Assembly (NCBI GenBank): GCA_015062545.1
Contig: SUUL01000004.1
Span: forward strand, 5,881-69,880
Source: Alphaproteobacteria bacterium
GTDB lineage: Bacteria; Pseudomonadota; Alphaproteobacteria; Rs-D84
Length of the DNA: 64,000 bases
Direction of reading: 5' to 3'
Positions 10,091 through 19,138 of this stretch are shown piece after piece. Position 1 is the stretch's first letter, and each line of letters starts with the position of its first letter. The notes under the pieces were generated by a model. The model searched no databases. It worked only from the letters and a program-made list of their open reading frames with translations, and was not told the DNA's origin. A program made the translations under genes and the position numbers.

Positions 10091-11344
10091 ATGTTTTCAA
10101 AACTGGAACGAAAAGTTGCTTTTAGATATTTGGGGGCCAAAAAGCGTGGTTTTGGTTCGGTGATTTCTTGGGTGTCACTGATTGGTATTATGTTGGGGGT
10201 GGCAACACTGATTGTGGTTATGTCCGTGATGGGCGGCTTTCACGATACGTTGTTGGGACGTATTGTGGGAATGAATGGACATGTTGTTGTTTATCATCAA
10301 GATGGTGCAATTTCTGACTTTGATTTCTTGATTGATAAGATGAAGCAGAACAAGGTGGTTGCAGCACACGCAAATGCAATCGTGCCAATCGCCGAAGGGC
10401 AGGTTATGGCAACTGCCAAGGGGAATAATACAGGTGCGATGATACGCGGAATTCGTATGTCTGATTTGGTGGAAAAAACACAAACGGGTACGCGAATTTA
10501 TGGCAAGGCATTATCTGAAATCAAGGATGGCGAATTGATTGGCGGTGCGTCATTGACGCGTGCGCTGAAGGTTACAATGGGTGATATGGTGTCATTGGTG
10601 TCGGCAAATAATGCAACACCAACACCGTTTGGTTCAATGCCACGTATTATGTCTTATCCGGTGATGAGTTCGTTCTTTATGGGAATGTATGAATATGATT
10701 CTGGGTATATCTTTATGCCATTGGAAACGGCGCAGAAGTATCTGAATATCGGTAATGGTGTTACACATATTGATTTGTTCTTGGATGACCCAGAAGATAC
10801 AACAGATGTGGTGGAAAGTTTGGTGGAATTGTTGCCAGATGGATTTGTGGTGCGCGATTGGCGGGATTTGAATCGTGGATTTGTTGGTGCATTACAAGTT
10901 GAATCAAACGTTATGTTTTTGATATTAATGCTGATTGTGATTGTGGCGGCGTTTAATATCGTGTCGTCTTTGGTTATGTTGGTCAAAGATAAAAACAAGG
11001 ATATTGCGGTATTGCGTACATTTGGTGTGTCGCGTAAATCAATGATGAAAATTTTCGTGTTGTCTGGAACGTCTATTGGAATAATTGGCGCGTTCTTTGG
11101 AACAATATTGGGTGTGTTGGTTGCGGTTTATATTGAACCAATTAGACAATTCTTTCAATGGTTAACAGGGCGCGATTTGTTCCCTGCGGAATTATATTAT
11201 CTGTCTGAATTGCCGTCCAAGTTGGTCGTGACAGATGTTGTTGGAATCGCGTTAATTGCGATTTTGTTGGCGTTCTTGGCAACGTTGTACCCCGCATGGA
11301 AGGCGGCAAACACAGATCCTGTAGAGGTGTTGCGAAATGAATAA
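10091..11344 (+). CDS. lolE: lipoprotein-releasing ABC transporter permease LolC/E
   Basis: AFRYL, GIMLGVATLIVVMSVMGGF, AAFNIVSSLVMLVKDK, YPAWKAA...PVEVLR. Confidence 0.95.
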   Translation: MFSKLERKVAFRYLGAKKRGFGSVISWVSLIGIMLGVATLIVVMSVMGGFHDTLLGRIVGMNGHVVVYHQDGAISDFDFLIDKMKQNKVVAAHANAIVPIAEGQVMATAKGNNTGAMIRGIRMSDLVEKTQTGTRIYGKALSEIKDGELIGGASLTRALKVTMGDMVSLVSANNATPTPFGSMPRIMSYPVMSSFFMGMYEYDSGYIFMPLETAQKYLNIGNGVTHIDLFLDDPEDTTDVVESLVELLPDGFVVRDWRDLNRGFVGALQVESNVMFLILMLIVIVAAFNIVSSLVMLVKDKNKDIAVLRTFGVSRKSMMKIFVLSGTSIGIIGAFFGTILGVLVAVYIEPIRQFFQWLTGRDLFPAELYYLSELPSKLVVTDVVGIALIAILLAFLATLYPAWKAANTDPVEVLRNE

Positions 11345-12035
11345 GCGCGAGCAGTTTAATAAATCAAATGTGCAAATGCTGGTTAAAAGTTTTTTGCATG
11401 ATTGGTCTGCAATAGAGTATGAAGATAACCCTCCTTCTGCGTTGCAAAATGAACAACGTTATGCGCAGTACGGTATAAAATTACCGTTCAAGTTGCATTA
11501 TAATTACAAAATTCCATTCGGACTGGAATCATCGTATGATTTGTTATTTTGGTATTACATGGCAAGAGTACCTGATGTTGCATCGTTTGATGACTTGCCG
11601 GATGTTTGGCGTATGAATATGGATAATTTGTCACCAATGGAAAAAAAACGTTTAGATTTTTATAAATCGTTTTCAGACGAACAAATCAAAGCAATTTATG
11701 AGTATCTTGCACAGTGGACCGTGGACGATATGATTGAAGAAATAAAACGATTAAATCCAGAATTGGCGAATATAAAAATGGATGGCAAGGAAAGTGGTGT
11801 CTCCAGACCTGTGCAAGATTTTATTTGTGGGGTTGCGTATGGATTTCCACCAGAAGATATTAAATTGTGTTTGGAATCAAAACATGGGGAACTGCAAAAG
11901 GTTGCAGACAGTCCGCGGTATCAAAAGTTGAAATATGGACACTTTACAACGCCCGAACATTATGAGATATTGTTACAGGCAGAACAGCAAATTCAACAAA
12001 TACAGCAAGCTAAACAAAACAACGGAAAAGAATAA
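11337..12035 (+). CDS. hypothetical protein inserted in the lol operon
   Basis: 232-aa ORF overlapping the lolE stop and abutting the lolD start. Confidence 0.65.
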   Translation: MNKREQFNKSNVQMLVKSFLHDWSAIEYEDNPPSALQNEQRYAQYGIKLPFKLHYNYKIPFGLESSYDLLFWYYMARVPDVASFDDLPDVWRMNMDNLSPMEKKRLDFYKSFSDEQIKAIYEYLAQWTVDDMIEEIKRLNPELANIKMDGKESGVSRPVQDFICGVAYGFPPEDIKLCLESKHGELQKVADSPRYQKLKYGHFTTPEHYEILLQAEQQIQQIQQAKQNNGKE

Positions 12036-12746
12036 ATGGCGAATATTTTGAATTCTTTGTCAAAGGTAAATGCAGGCGATGTAGTTATGTCTGTGCGGGA
12101 TATTAAGCGTACCTTTATAGAAGGGGGGCAACCATTACATATCTTGCGTGGGGGTGGGTTTGATTTACATCGTGGGGAAATTATCGCGCTGGTTGGACAA
12201 TCGGGGTCCGGAAAATCTACTTTGTTACAATGCGTGGGCTTGTTGGACAGACCAAGTGGTGGCAGTATTATGATAAATGGTACGCCTGTGCATAAAATGG
12301 ATGAAGATACGCGTACCCAAATTCGCCGAAAAAAAATAGGTTTTGTTTATCAAAAGCATAATCTGTTATCAGACTTTACCGCAGTGGAAAATGTTGTGTT
12401 GCCAATGTTGGCAAATGGTGTGGATGAAGATGTGGCGTATGCGCGTGCAATCAAACTGTTAAAGGCGGCAAATGTTGCGCATCGTGCATCGCATCTGCCC
12501 GGTGAAATGAGTGGTGGCGAACAACAACGTACCGCTGTTGCACGCGCGTTGGCAAATAATCCAGATATTCTGTTGGCAGACGAACCAACCGGCAGTCTGG
12601 ATCCGCAACATGCAGGTGCGGTGTTTGATTTATTGATGGATTTGGTGCGTAAAAATAAAATGGCGATGTTGTTTGTTACGCATGATATGAATTTGGCGGC
12701 ACGTGCAGACAGGACAATCACCATTGATAATGGGATAGTAAAATAA
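12036..12746 (+). CDS. lolD: lipoprotein-releasing ABC transporter ATPase LolD
   Basis: GQSGSGKST, GFVYQKHNLL, MSGGEQQR, LADEPTGSLD. Confidence 0.93.
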   Translation: MANILNSLSKVNAGDVVMSVRDIKRTFIEGGQPLHILRGGGFDLHRGEIIALVGQSGSGKSTLLQCVGLLDRPSGGSIMINGTPVHKMDEDTRTQIRRKKIGFVYQKHNLLSDFTAVENVVLPMLANGVDEDVAYARAIKLLKAANVAHRASHLPGEMSGGEQQRTAVARALANNPDILLADEPTGSLDPQHAGAVFDLLMDLVRKNKMAMLFVTHDMNLAARADRTITIDNGIVK

Positions 12747-12768
12747 ATAAAACCAAAGGGAGAGAAAA

Positions 12769-13284
12769 ATGAAAAATCAAAAAACAGTAAAAATTGTACA
12801 CAGTCCAAAACAACGTTTTTGGGGAATTATGGCTTTGGTGGCTTTGTTCGGTTGTGGTGTGATGGTTGGGGTCGGAATGAATTCTGACAAGGTGGAATCT
12901 GTAAATAATGTTGAGACGCAAGAAGTTGCCCAACCACAAAAAACATGTGTGCAAATTGAAGAATTGTTAGCAGAACGTTTGCCGGAACCAGATGGTCAGG
13001 GTGAATTGCGCATTATACGTGCAAAAATATTTGCACAGATGTCTGAACGTGGGTGTCCGGAAAATTCTGAAAAATATGTTGCGTTGGCAAAACAGGAATT
13101 AGAGATTGCACGTGCGTTGGAAGATGATGAATTCGACCAATATGAAACAATAGAAGTCGTTGAAACGTACAAGCGTCTTGATATGCAGGCGGCTGCAGAA
13201 GAAATTTTGGAAACAGCAAAAAAATTAACAAATCCCGCGATAGATTTTATTTTGGAAGTTGAAAAAATAATCAATGAACAATAG
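12769..13284 (+). CDS. hypothetical membrane-anchored protein
   Basis: N-terminal hydrophobic segment; RBS GGGAG. Confidence 0.65.
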   Translation: MKNQKTVKIVHSPKQRFWGIMALVALFGCGVMVGVGMNSDKVESVNNVETQEVAQPQKTCVQIEELLAERLPEPDGQGELRIIRAKIFAQMSERGCPENSEKYVALAKQELEIARALEDDEFDQYETIEVVETYKRLDMQAAAEEILETAKKLTNPAIDFILEVEKIINEQ

Positions 13285-13294
13285 GTTTGAAACA

Positions 13295-13858
13295 ATGAAA
13301 AAAATTATGTTCTTATTTGGTTTGTGTGTCTGCATGCCTGCTGTGGCCGAAGAAGGGGCGGCAGAAAATACAAAAACTGAAACAGTGGTTGTAGAGCGTA
13401 TGTCCTGTTCAGATATGCAGGCACGTATCAAGGAATTAAGTGATGTAGAAGATGAAACCGGTGATGTTGCAGCAGAAATTGCCAGTTTAACCCAGGATTA
13501 TCGCCGCAGTTGTATGCGATCTGCAGCAGGGAGGCGGGCATCTACCACCACACGTGCGCCTGTGATTGTGGCAGAACCAGAACAGGTGGAAGAGGTTGAA
13601 CCAGAACAGGCAACAGAAGAGGTCCCTGTTGAAACAGAAACTGTTGTGGAAGAGGTGTCTGTCGCAGAAGAAGTTGTGTCAGAAATTACACCAGAGCAAG
13701 AATTGGCAAATTTGGATGCGGGTTTATGTGCAGACGGCAGCAAGCCAAATCAATTTGGTTGTTGTGGGGATGAAATATTCAAGGATTTGGGTGATGCAAT
13801 ATTTGCGTGTTGCCCAAGGGGTGACGACACAACTGAATGTTTTCCGCCAATAAATTAA
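13295..13858 (+). CDS. secreted Glu-rich protein with C-terminal Cys cluster
   Basis: signal peptide MKKIMFLFGLCVCMPAVA; Glu/Val low-complexity middle; C-terminal C...GCC...CCP...CFPPI. Confidence 0.7.
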   Translation: MKKIMFLFGLCVCMPAVAEEGAAENTKTETVVVERMSCSDMQARIKELSDVEDETGDVAAEIASLTQDYRRSCMRSAAGRRASTTTRAPVIVAEPEQVEEVEPEQATEEVPVETETVVEEVSVAEEVVSEITPEQELANLDAGLCADGSKPNQFGCCGDEIFKDLGDAIFACCPRGDDTTECFPPIN

Positions 13859-13955
13859 ATCTAATGACTTATCTAAAAGGAAAAACGATGGCTCATGTAA
13901 CTTTTGTACACTACGCCATCGTTTTCCCTTTTATCTAAATCATTATCTTTAATTT
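13852..13955 (-). repeat. 104-bp hairpin element, full copy 1
   Basis: 24-nt arm + 17-bp stem (aaaggaaaaacgatggc) + 22-nt core tcatgta-N7-tacactac + stem + 24-nt arm; differs from the 57805 copy by 1 nt; strand assigned from G.U/G.A pairing. Confidence 0.95.
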
Positions 13956-14010
13956 CTACCACCGCAAGGGGGGTGGCGTTTTTATCATTTTTATGATATA
14001 ATTAACTGCT

Positions 14011-15195
14011 ATGGCGAGAGATACTTATATTTCAGTTGGTAAAAAAATAAATGGATTTTCGTTTGCGAACTTGGGGTTGTTCACAGGATTTGCAGACGGT
14101 ATTTATAATGCTGTATATTCGTTGGTGATTTTGGAAATTTTTCGCAGCAGTGCCATTGTCGGTGTTTATGTTACCTTGTATTCTGTGTTTTGTTTTGTGG
14201 TTGGGTTGTTTGTAAATGAAATTTTGCGCCAGTTTTCCAAGGTACGTGTGTTTTATTTTGCATTATTGATGCTGGCGGTTTGCTATGCGATGATGAGTTT
14301 TTCAATCTTGCCACGTACGTTTATTATACTTGATTGGACGACCGGTATTGCGATTACGCTGTCTTCGGCATTGATACCATTGTTTATGTCGGATTTTTCA
14401 AAAAATATTGGGATGGCGCGGTTAAATTCGCGTTATCATTTGTGGTTAAATGTGGGTGCGCTGTTTGCACCAACGGTTGCAGTGTTTATAGCAAACAGGT
14501 TTGATAATCGTGCCGCGTTCTTTGGGTCGGCGATGATATATCTGATTGCGTGGGGTGTGTTTAAATACTTTAAAATTGTTCAGCAAGACAAAAAAATCAA
14601 AGCGGTTAATCCACGCCGTACGTTTCGCGCGTTGTGGAAAAATACAGTTGCCTTTTTCCGGTTGCCAAATATGGCGCGTGCGTATGCGATAAATTTTGCG
14701 TATTATTCTTTGCGTGCGTTACGTGTGTTGTATGTGCCAATTATTGTTATTGAAAATGGATTCTCTAAAGATACGTTGGGTTGGGTATTGACGTTGGGAA
14801 TTATACCGTATTTGTTGTTAAGTGATTTGATGGGGCGGCTGGTAAAAAGATATGGTAAAACCATTTGGCTGATGTTGGGCTTTGGTTCTTTTGCGGTATT
14901 GTCAATGTTGGCAACGTTTGTGACGGGTATCCCATTGTTGGCGATATTTGTTGCATGGCAGATTTCAGGTGCATTGATGGAATCTGTGCATGATTTGTTA
15001 TTCTTTGATAATGTGACGCGGGCACAACAAACAAAGTATTATGGTGTTTTCCGCACCAGTGTTAATTTGCCCAGTGTTATTGTGCCAACGTTGGGTGCTG
15101 CGATGATTGCGGTATATGGCGTAACCGCTGCGGTCTGGGCGATTACTGCAACGATTGGTGCGTTGGCGGTTGGGGTGCTGATAAAAAGAAAGTGA
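14011..15195 (+). CDS. MFS transporter
   Basis: about 12 hydrophobic segments; GRLVKRYGK motif-A-like loop. Confidence 0.85.
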   Translation: MARDTYISVGKKINGFSFANLGLFTGFADGIYNAVYSLVILEIFRSSAIVGVYVTLYSVFCFVVGLFVNEILRQFSKVRVFYFALLMLAVCYAMMSFSILPRTFIILDWTTGIAITLSSALIPLFMSDFSKNIGMARLNSRYHLWLNVGALFAPTVAVFIANRFDNRAAFFGSAMIYLIAWGVFKYFKIVQQDKKIKAVNPRRTFRALWKNTVAFFRLPNMARAYAINFAYYSLRALRVLYVPIIVIENGFSKDTLGWVLTLGIIPYLLLSDLMGRLVKRYGKTIWLMLGFGSFAVLSMLATFVTGIPLLAIFVAWQISGALMESVHDLLFFDNVTRAQQTKYYGVFRTSVNLPSVIVPTLGAAMIAVYGVTAAVWAITATIGALAVGVLIKRK

Positions 15196-15198
15196 TAC

Positions 15199-15227
15199 TT
15201 GCAATTCCAAGAATTTCTTTGTATGAT
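15199..15227 (+). promoter_or_regulatory. sigma70-type promoter of recA
   Basis: TTGCAA-N17-TATGAT. Confidence 0.6.
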
Positions 15228-15253
15228 TTTCTTAAGAAAAAAGGGGAAAGTTT

Positions 15254-16339
15254 ATGGCAAAGAAAGAAGTTGTAAAAGAGGCAGGTGCGCCTGCAAAAAA
15301 TCCAGCATTGGAATCTGCGTTGGCACAAATTCAAAAACAATTCGGTAAAGAAGCCATCATGAAAATGGGCGATGGTTCACAACAGAATATAGAAGCGATA
15401 TCGTCTGGGTCGCTGGGGTTAGATATTGCATTGGGTGTTGGTGGTTATCCAAAGGGACGTATTGTTGAAATTTATGGCCCAGAATCTTCGGGTAAAACAA
15501 CATTGGCGTTGCATGCGGTGGCTGAATCGCAGAAGAAGGGTGGAACATGTGCGTATATTGATGCAGAAAATGCCTTGGACCCATCTTATGCAAAAAAGTT
15601 GGGCGTTGATGTTTCTAATTTAATTATTTCACAGCCTGATTCTGGGGAACAAGCATTGGAAATTGCAGATACTTTGATTAAATCTGGGGCGGTTGATGTT
15701 GTTGTGATTGACTCGGTCGCGGCATTGGTGCCAAAGGCAGAACTGGAAGGAAATATTGGTGATTCTTTTGTTGGTACAACTGCGCGTTTGATGTCACAAT
15801 CGTTAAAGAAATTGGCAGGCTCTGTATCGCGCAGCAATACATTGCTTATCTTTATCAATCAAATTCGTATGAAGATTGGTGTTATGTTTGGTAATCCAGA
15901 AACAACATCTGGTGGTAATGCATTAAAATTCTATGCATCTGTGCGCCTTGATATTCGCCGTACAGGACAAATTAAGGACAAGGAAGCCATTATTGGAAAT
16001 GAAACGCGTGTCAAGGTTGTAAAGAACAAGGTTGCACCACCTTTCCGTACGGTTGACTTTAAGATTATGTATGGCGAAGGTATTAGTCGCATCAGTGAAA
16101 TTTTGGATATGGGTGTGAAATATGACCTGATTGAAAAGGCGGGCAGTTTCTATTCGTACAACAGTGAACGCATGGGCCAGGGCGAGGCCAATGCGCGTCA
16201 GTGGTTGAAAGATCATCCGGATGTTCAAGAAGAATTGCTGAAAAAGATTATGGCGCGTTCTTCGGGTATTGCAGAAGAAATGACAACAGGGCCGGTTGAT
16301 GATGATGAGGGAACAATGGTTGGTGAAGTTGAAGAATAA
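15254..16339 (+). CDS. recA: recombinase RecA
   Basis: [39 protein letters not shown]. Confidence 0.99.
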   Translation: MAKKEVVKEAGAPAKNPALESALAQIQKQFGKEAIMKMGDGSQQNIEAISSGSLGLDIALGVGGYPKGRIVEIYGPESSGKTTLALHAVAESQKKGGTCAYIDAENALDPSYAKKLGVDVSNLIISQPDSGEQALEIADTLIKSGAVDVVVIDSVAALVPKAELEGNIGDSFVGTTARLMSQSLKKLAGSVSRSNTLLIFINQIRMKIGVMFGNPETTSGGNALKFYASVRLDIRRTGQIKDKEAIIGNETRVKVVKNKVAPPFRTVDFKIMYGEGISRISEILDMGVKYDLIEKAGSFYSYNSERMGQGEANARQWLKDHPDVQEELLKKIMARSSGIAEEMTTGPVDDDEGTMVGEVEE

Positions 16340-16427
16340 AGCAAAGGGCATAATATGACCGATTTATCAGAAGGATAAACAAAGGAGTTGATGATGAAAC
16401 CGGAAATAGATGAATGGTAAAGATTTA

Positions 16428-16460
16428 ACCCCGACCGGGAAAACCTGGTTGGGGTAATTT
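16428..16460 (+). terminator. hairpin terminator after recA
   Basis: ACCCCGACCGGG-AAAA-CCTGGTTGGGGT. Confidence 0.6.
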
Positions 16461-16491
16461 GTCATAATAAAACAAACCAAAGGGATGAAAT

Positions 16492-17388
16492 ATGAATATA
16501 GATAGGGCGTGGGCATTAACAAAAATCTTTTTTCAATCACATGTTTTTAATTGGCCTTGGCGGTCGCGTGAACATAGACGCGATGTCAGAACAAATGTTT
16601 TATCCCGCGTTGCACCTGCGTACTTCAAACGTTATCTGCCAGCAGCGATGGCGGTAAAAGAAACCGAAGTTATCAAAGATGATAAAAACGAAAAGATTTT
16701 TACAATCTGGCAACAGGGCGAAGAAAACGCGCCTGAATTGGTAAAGTCTTGTTTTCGCAGTATCAGAAAACACTGTAAACAAGAATTGGTTGTTTTGGAT
16801 GACAGTAATATTTTTGATTATATAACCTTGCCAGATGTTATTGTGCAAAAGTACAAGGCTGGAAAAATTCGCCGTGCACATTTTGCGGATATTTGTCGTG
16901 TGGAACTGCTGTACCAATATGGTGGTATTTGGTTGGATTCAACAGACTTTGTAGTAAGCCCAATTCCAAAATGGATTATCGATCAAGATTTCTTTATGTA
17001 CCTGGTTGGTGATAAAGTAGGGCAGAAATATATGTTCTGTCAGAACTGTTTTATTCGTGGACGCAAAGGCTCTTTCTTGTTGGGGGCATGGCGGGCAATG
17101 ATTTTAGATTATTGGATGCATGAAGAAAAATCATTTGATTATTTTATGCATCAGATGTTATTCCAGACACTGGTGCAAAATGAGCCGCGCGCAATGAAAT
17201 ATTTTGCCGAAATGCCACATGTTGATCAATATCCAACACATACACTGTGGCATGAATATAAGTTCCAACCTTATGATGAAAAGTTGTTCAAAGAACTGAC
17301 CAAAGATGCGTTCTTCCAAAAGACGGCGTATGCAGATGCACCGCGGCCGGGGACTTTCTCGCAGGCGATTTGTGATATGAATAAATAA
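16492..17388 (+). CDS. capsular polysaccharide synthesis protein (DXD glycosyltransferase-like)
   Basis: WQQGEENAPELVKSC, HFADICRVELLYQYGGIWLDST, DYFMHQ. Confidence 0.85.
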   Translation: MNIDRAWALTKIFFQSHVFNWPWRSREHRRDVRTNVLSRVAPAYFKRYLPAAMAVKETEVIKDDKNEKIFTIWQQGEENAPELVKSCFRSIRKHCKQELVVLDDSNIFDYITLPDVIVQKYKAGKIRRAHFADICRVELLYQYGGIWLDSTDFVVSPIPKWIIDQDFFMYLVGDKVGQKYMFCQNCFIRGRKGSFLLGAWRAMILDYWMHEEKSFDYFMHQMLFQTLVQNEPRAMKYFAEMPHVDQYPTHTLWHEYKFQPYDEKLFKELTKDAFFQKTAYADAPRPGTFSQAICDMNK

Positions 17389-17392
17389 GGGG

Positions 17393-18412
17393 ATGTGTAT
17401 GCCAAAGATTTCTGTAATTATTCCAATTTACAATGTAGAAAAATATTTGCGCAGATGTTTGGATAGTGTGTTAAATCAGACTTTTGCTGACTGGGAAGCA
17501 ATTTGTGTAAACGATGGCAGCCCTGATAATAGTGATATTATCTTGGCGGAATATGCCGCAAAAGATGCGCGTTTCAAAATCGTAAATAAAAAAAATGGCG
17601 GTTTGTCTGATGCGCGTAATGCCGGGATGCAGGTTGCAACTGGGGATTATATTTTGTATCTGGACAGTGATGACTTTATTCATCCGCAAACCATGGAAAT
17701 TGCATATTCATTGGCTGTGCGTGATGGGGCTGACATCGTATCGTTTACGTATGACAGAATTTATCGACCACAATTAATGGTGCGACATGTTTTGAAAATG
17801 GATACTGATAATGTAATTCCAAAACGTATGAATAAAAAGTATGATGTTGCAAAAATAAAAACACTTGTAACAGATGATGTGTATGAATACGCAACGGAAC
17901 GTACGCATAATAAACCTGGTAAGAAAAAGAAATGGCTGATTAAGCATTGCCAGGTGTGGAAGAATTTGTATCGGCGTGAACTGATTGCAGATATTCCTTT
18001 TATCAAGGGCTTGCTGTTTGAAGATTTCCCGTGGTGGAGTGAAGTTATGTTGCGTAATCCGCGTGTGACGATTGCACCATTACCATTGTATTTCTATATT
18101 CCAAATTTTGGTGGAATTGTTTTAAGTGCAAAACAATTACGTATTATGCAGAGTTTGTGTACCGGAATAAAAACCGCCTTTTTGAAATATCAACAGGAGG
18201 CAACACCATATCAAATGGAACAATGGTCAAAAAATTTTCAGTGGTATTTTATTAACTGGGCATTTCGTAAAATAAAATATATGGCTGGCGCAGAAGATAT
18301 GTCTGCAGCACGTGCGTGCTTCCAAGAACTGCAACAGGTTGGGGCGTTGGATAATCCGCCGTATAGATGGGCGCGAAAATTACGCCAAGATATATTGAAT
18401 TTTATAAAATAA
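17393..18412 (+). CDS. glycosyltransferase family 2
   Basis: ISVIIPIYNVEKYL, VNDGSPD, NGGLSDARN, LDSDD, FEDF. Confidence 0.92.
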   Translation: MCMPKISVIIPIYNVEKYLRRCLDSVLNQTFADWEAICVNDGSPDNSDIILAEYAAKDARFKIVNKKNGGLSDARNAGMQVATGDYILYLDSDDFIHPQTMEIAYSLAVRDGADIVSFTYDRIYRPQLMVRHVLKMDTDNVIPKRMNKKYDVAKIKTLVTDDVYEYATERTHNKPGKKKKWLIKHCQVWKNLYRRELIADIPFIKGLLFEDFPWWSEVMLRNPRVTIAPLPLYFYIPNFGGIVLSAKQLRIMQSLCTGIKTAFLKYQQEATPYQMEQWSKNFQWYFINWAFRKIKYMAGAEDMSAARACFQELQQVGALDNPPYRWARKLRQDILNFIK

Positions 18413-18414
18413 TG

Positions 18415-18440
18415 AATGACCCGTGTTATGCGGGTCATTT
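18415..18440 (+). terminator. intrinsic terminator
   Basis: AATGACCCGT-GTT-ATGCGGGTCATT inverted repeat after the GT2 stop. Confidence 0.65.
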
Positions 18441-18493
18441 ATTGCTTGATTTTGTTTTCATTTAGTATATAATCACAAGGCTTTGAATTTGTT

Positions 18494-18568
18494 GCGGGCA
18501 TAGTACAAAGGCTAGTATGCAAGCCTTCCAAGCTTGAAATGCGGGTTCGATTCCCGCTGCCCGCACCA
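18494..18568 (+). tRNA. tRNA-Gly(TCC)
   Basis: acceptor GCGGGCA/TGCCCGC, anticodon arm CAAGC-CTTCCAA-GCTTG, T-arm GCGGG-TTCGATT-CCCGC, encoded CCA; discriminator A. Confidence 0.96.
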
Positions 18569-18624
18569 CACTTCGCCCAGGCTTCGTGTGGCAAGCCACA
18601 AGAAAAGATGTGGCGAATAAGTTC

Positions 18625-18711
18625 GGGCGTGCGCCGGAGTTGGAGAGCCGGGGCAGACTGTAAATCTGTTGGCTTAAGCCTGAGCTGGTTCGAATCCAGC
18701 CACTCCCACCA
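18625..18711 (+). tRNA. tRNA-Tyr(GTA)
   Basis: anticodon arm GCAGA-CTGTAAA-TCTGT, long variable arm, T-arm GCTGG-TTCGAAT-CCAGC, ACCA end; one C.U mismatch in the acceptor stem. Confidence 0.93.
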
Positions 18712-18854
18712 TTAAAACGACCCACCTTGTGTGGGTCTTTTTAATGGTCTGGGCAGTCTGAGATGAGAACCAGCGGTTCGACAATGAGTAATTTTTGCAA
18801 ACATAGTGCAGCTAAATTGTTAGGAATGTTTTGCGGCGCACGTTTTTTATAAAT

Positions 18855-18882
18855 TTGCATTTTATGATAAAAGGAGTATAAT
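18855..18882 (+). promoter_or_regulatory. putative sigma70 promoter
   Basis: TTGCAT-N16-TATAAT. Confidence 0.5.
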
Positions 18883-18888
18883 GCTCGT

Positions 18889-19119
18889 TGAATCTGAGAG
18901 ATTGGATTCGGGGCTGTAGCAAGCCTTATCAGTTCGGTGCGAAAGCATCGTTAGTTTTGTTGATGTTTCGGTGCTTTTTGCACCGCAATAACCCTGACGC
19001 TCGTTTCTTGTGGTCGGGGAGTCGTGTGTTATACAACAGGGAATAACCTAAAGACCACGAAGTCATTTAACTGATATGATTGCTAACTCCCCGACCGCCA
19101 ATTTCGGCGGTTTTCTTTT
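18889..19119 (+). ncRNA. putative structured leader or ncRNA ending in a terminator
   Basis: multiple stems (18927-34/19069-76, 18935-50, 18969-85, 18992-96/19037-41, 19010-22/19086-98) and terminator ACCGCC..GGCGGT-TTTCTTTT; family not recognised. Confidence 0.45.
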
Positions 19120-19138
19120 AGCAAAAAAGGGGGAAGAA

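Noticed and set aside
13852-13955. Integron attC sites
   Set aside because: No RYYYAAC...GTTRRRY pair bounds the hairpin, upstream genes include housekeeping ftsK and yebC, and the only tyrosine recombinase looks like ordinary XerD.
15196-15253. LexA box upstream of recA
   Set aside because: No alphaproteobacterial GTTC-N7-GTTC or CTGT-N8-ACAG motif visible.
18625-18711. tRNA-Tyr as a pseudogene because of the C4.U69 mismatch
   Set aside because: A single acceptor mismatch is tolerated; all other arms and the CCA end are intact.
18889-19119. tmRNA, RNase P RNA, SRP RNA or cobalamin riboswitch
   Set aside because: No tRNA-like ends or tag frame, no GAGGAAAGUCC, no SRP helix-8 motif, no B12 box.
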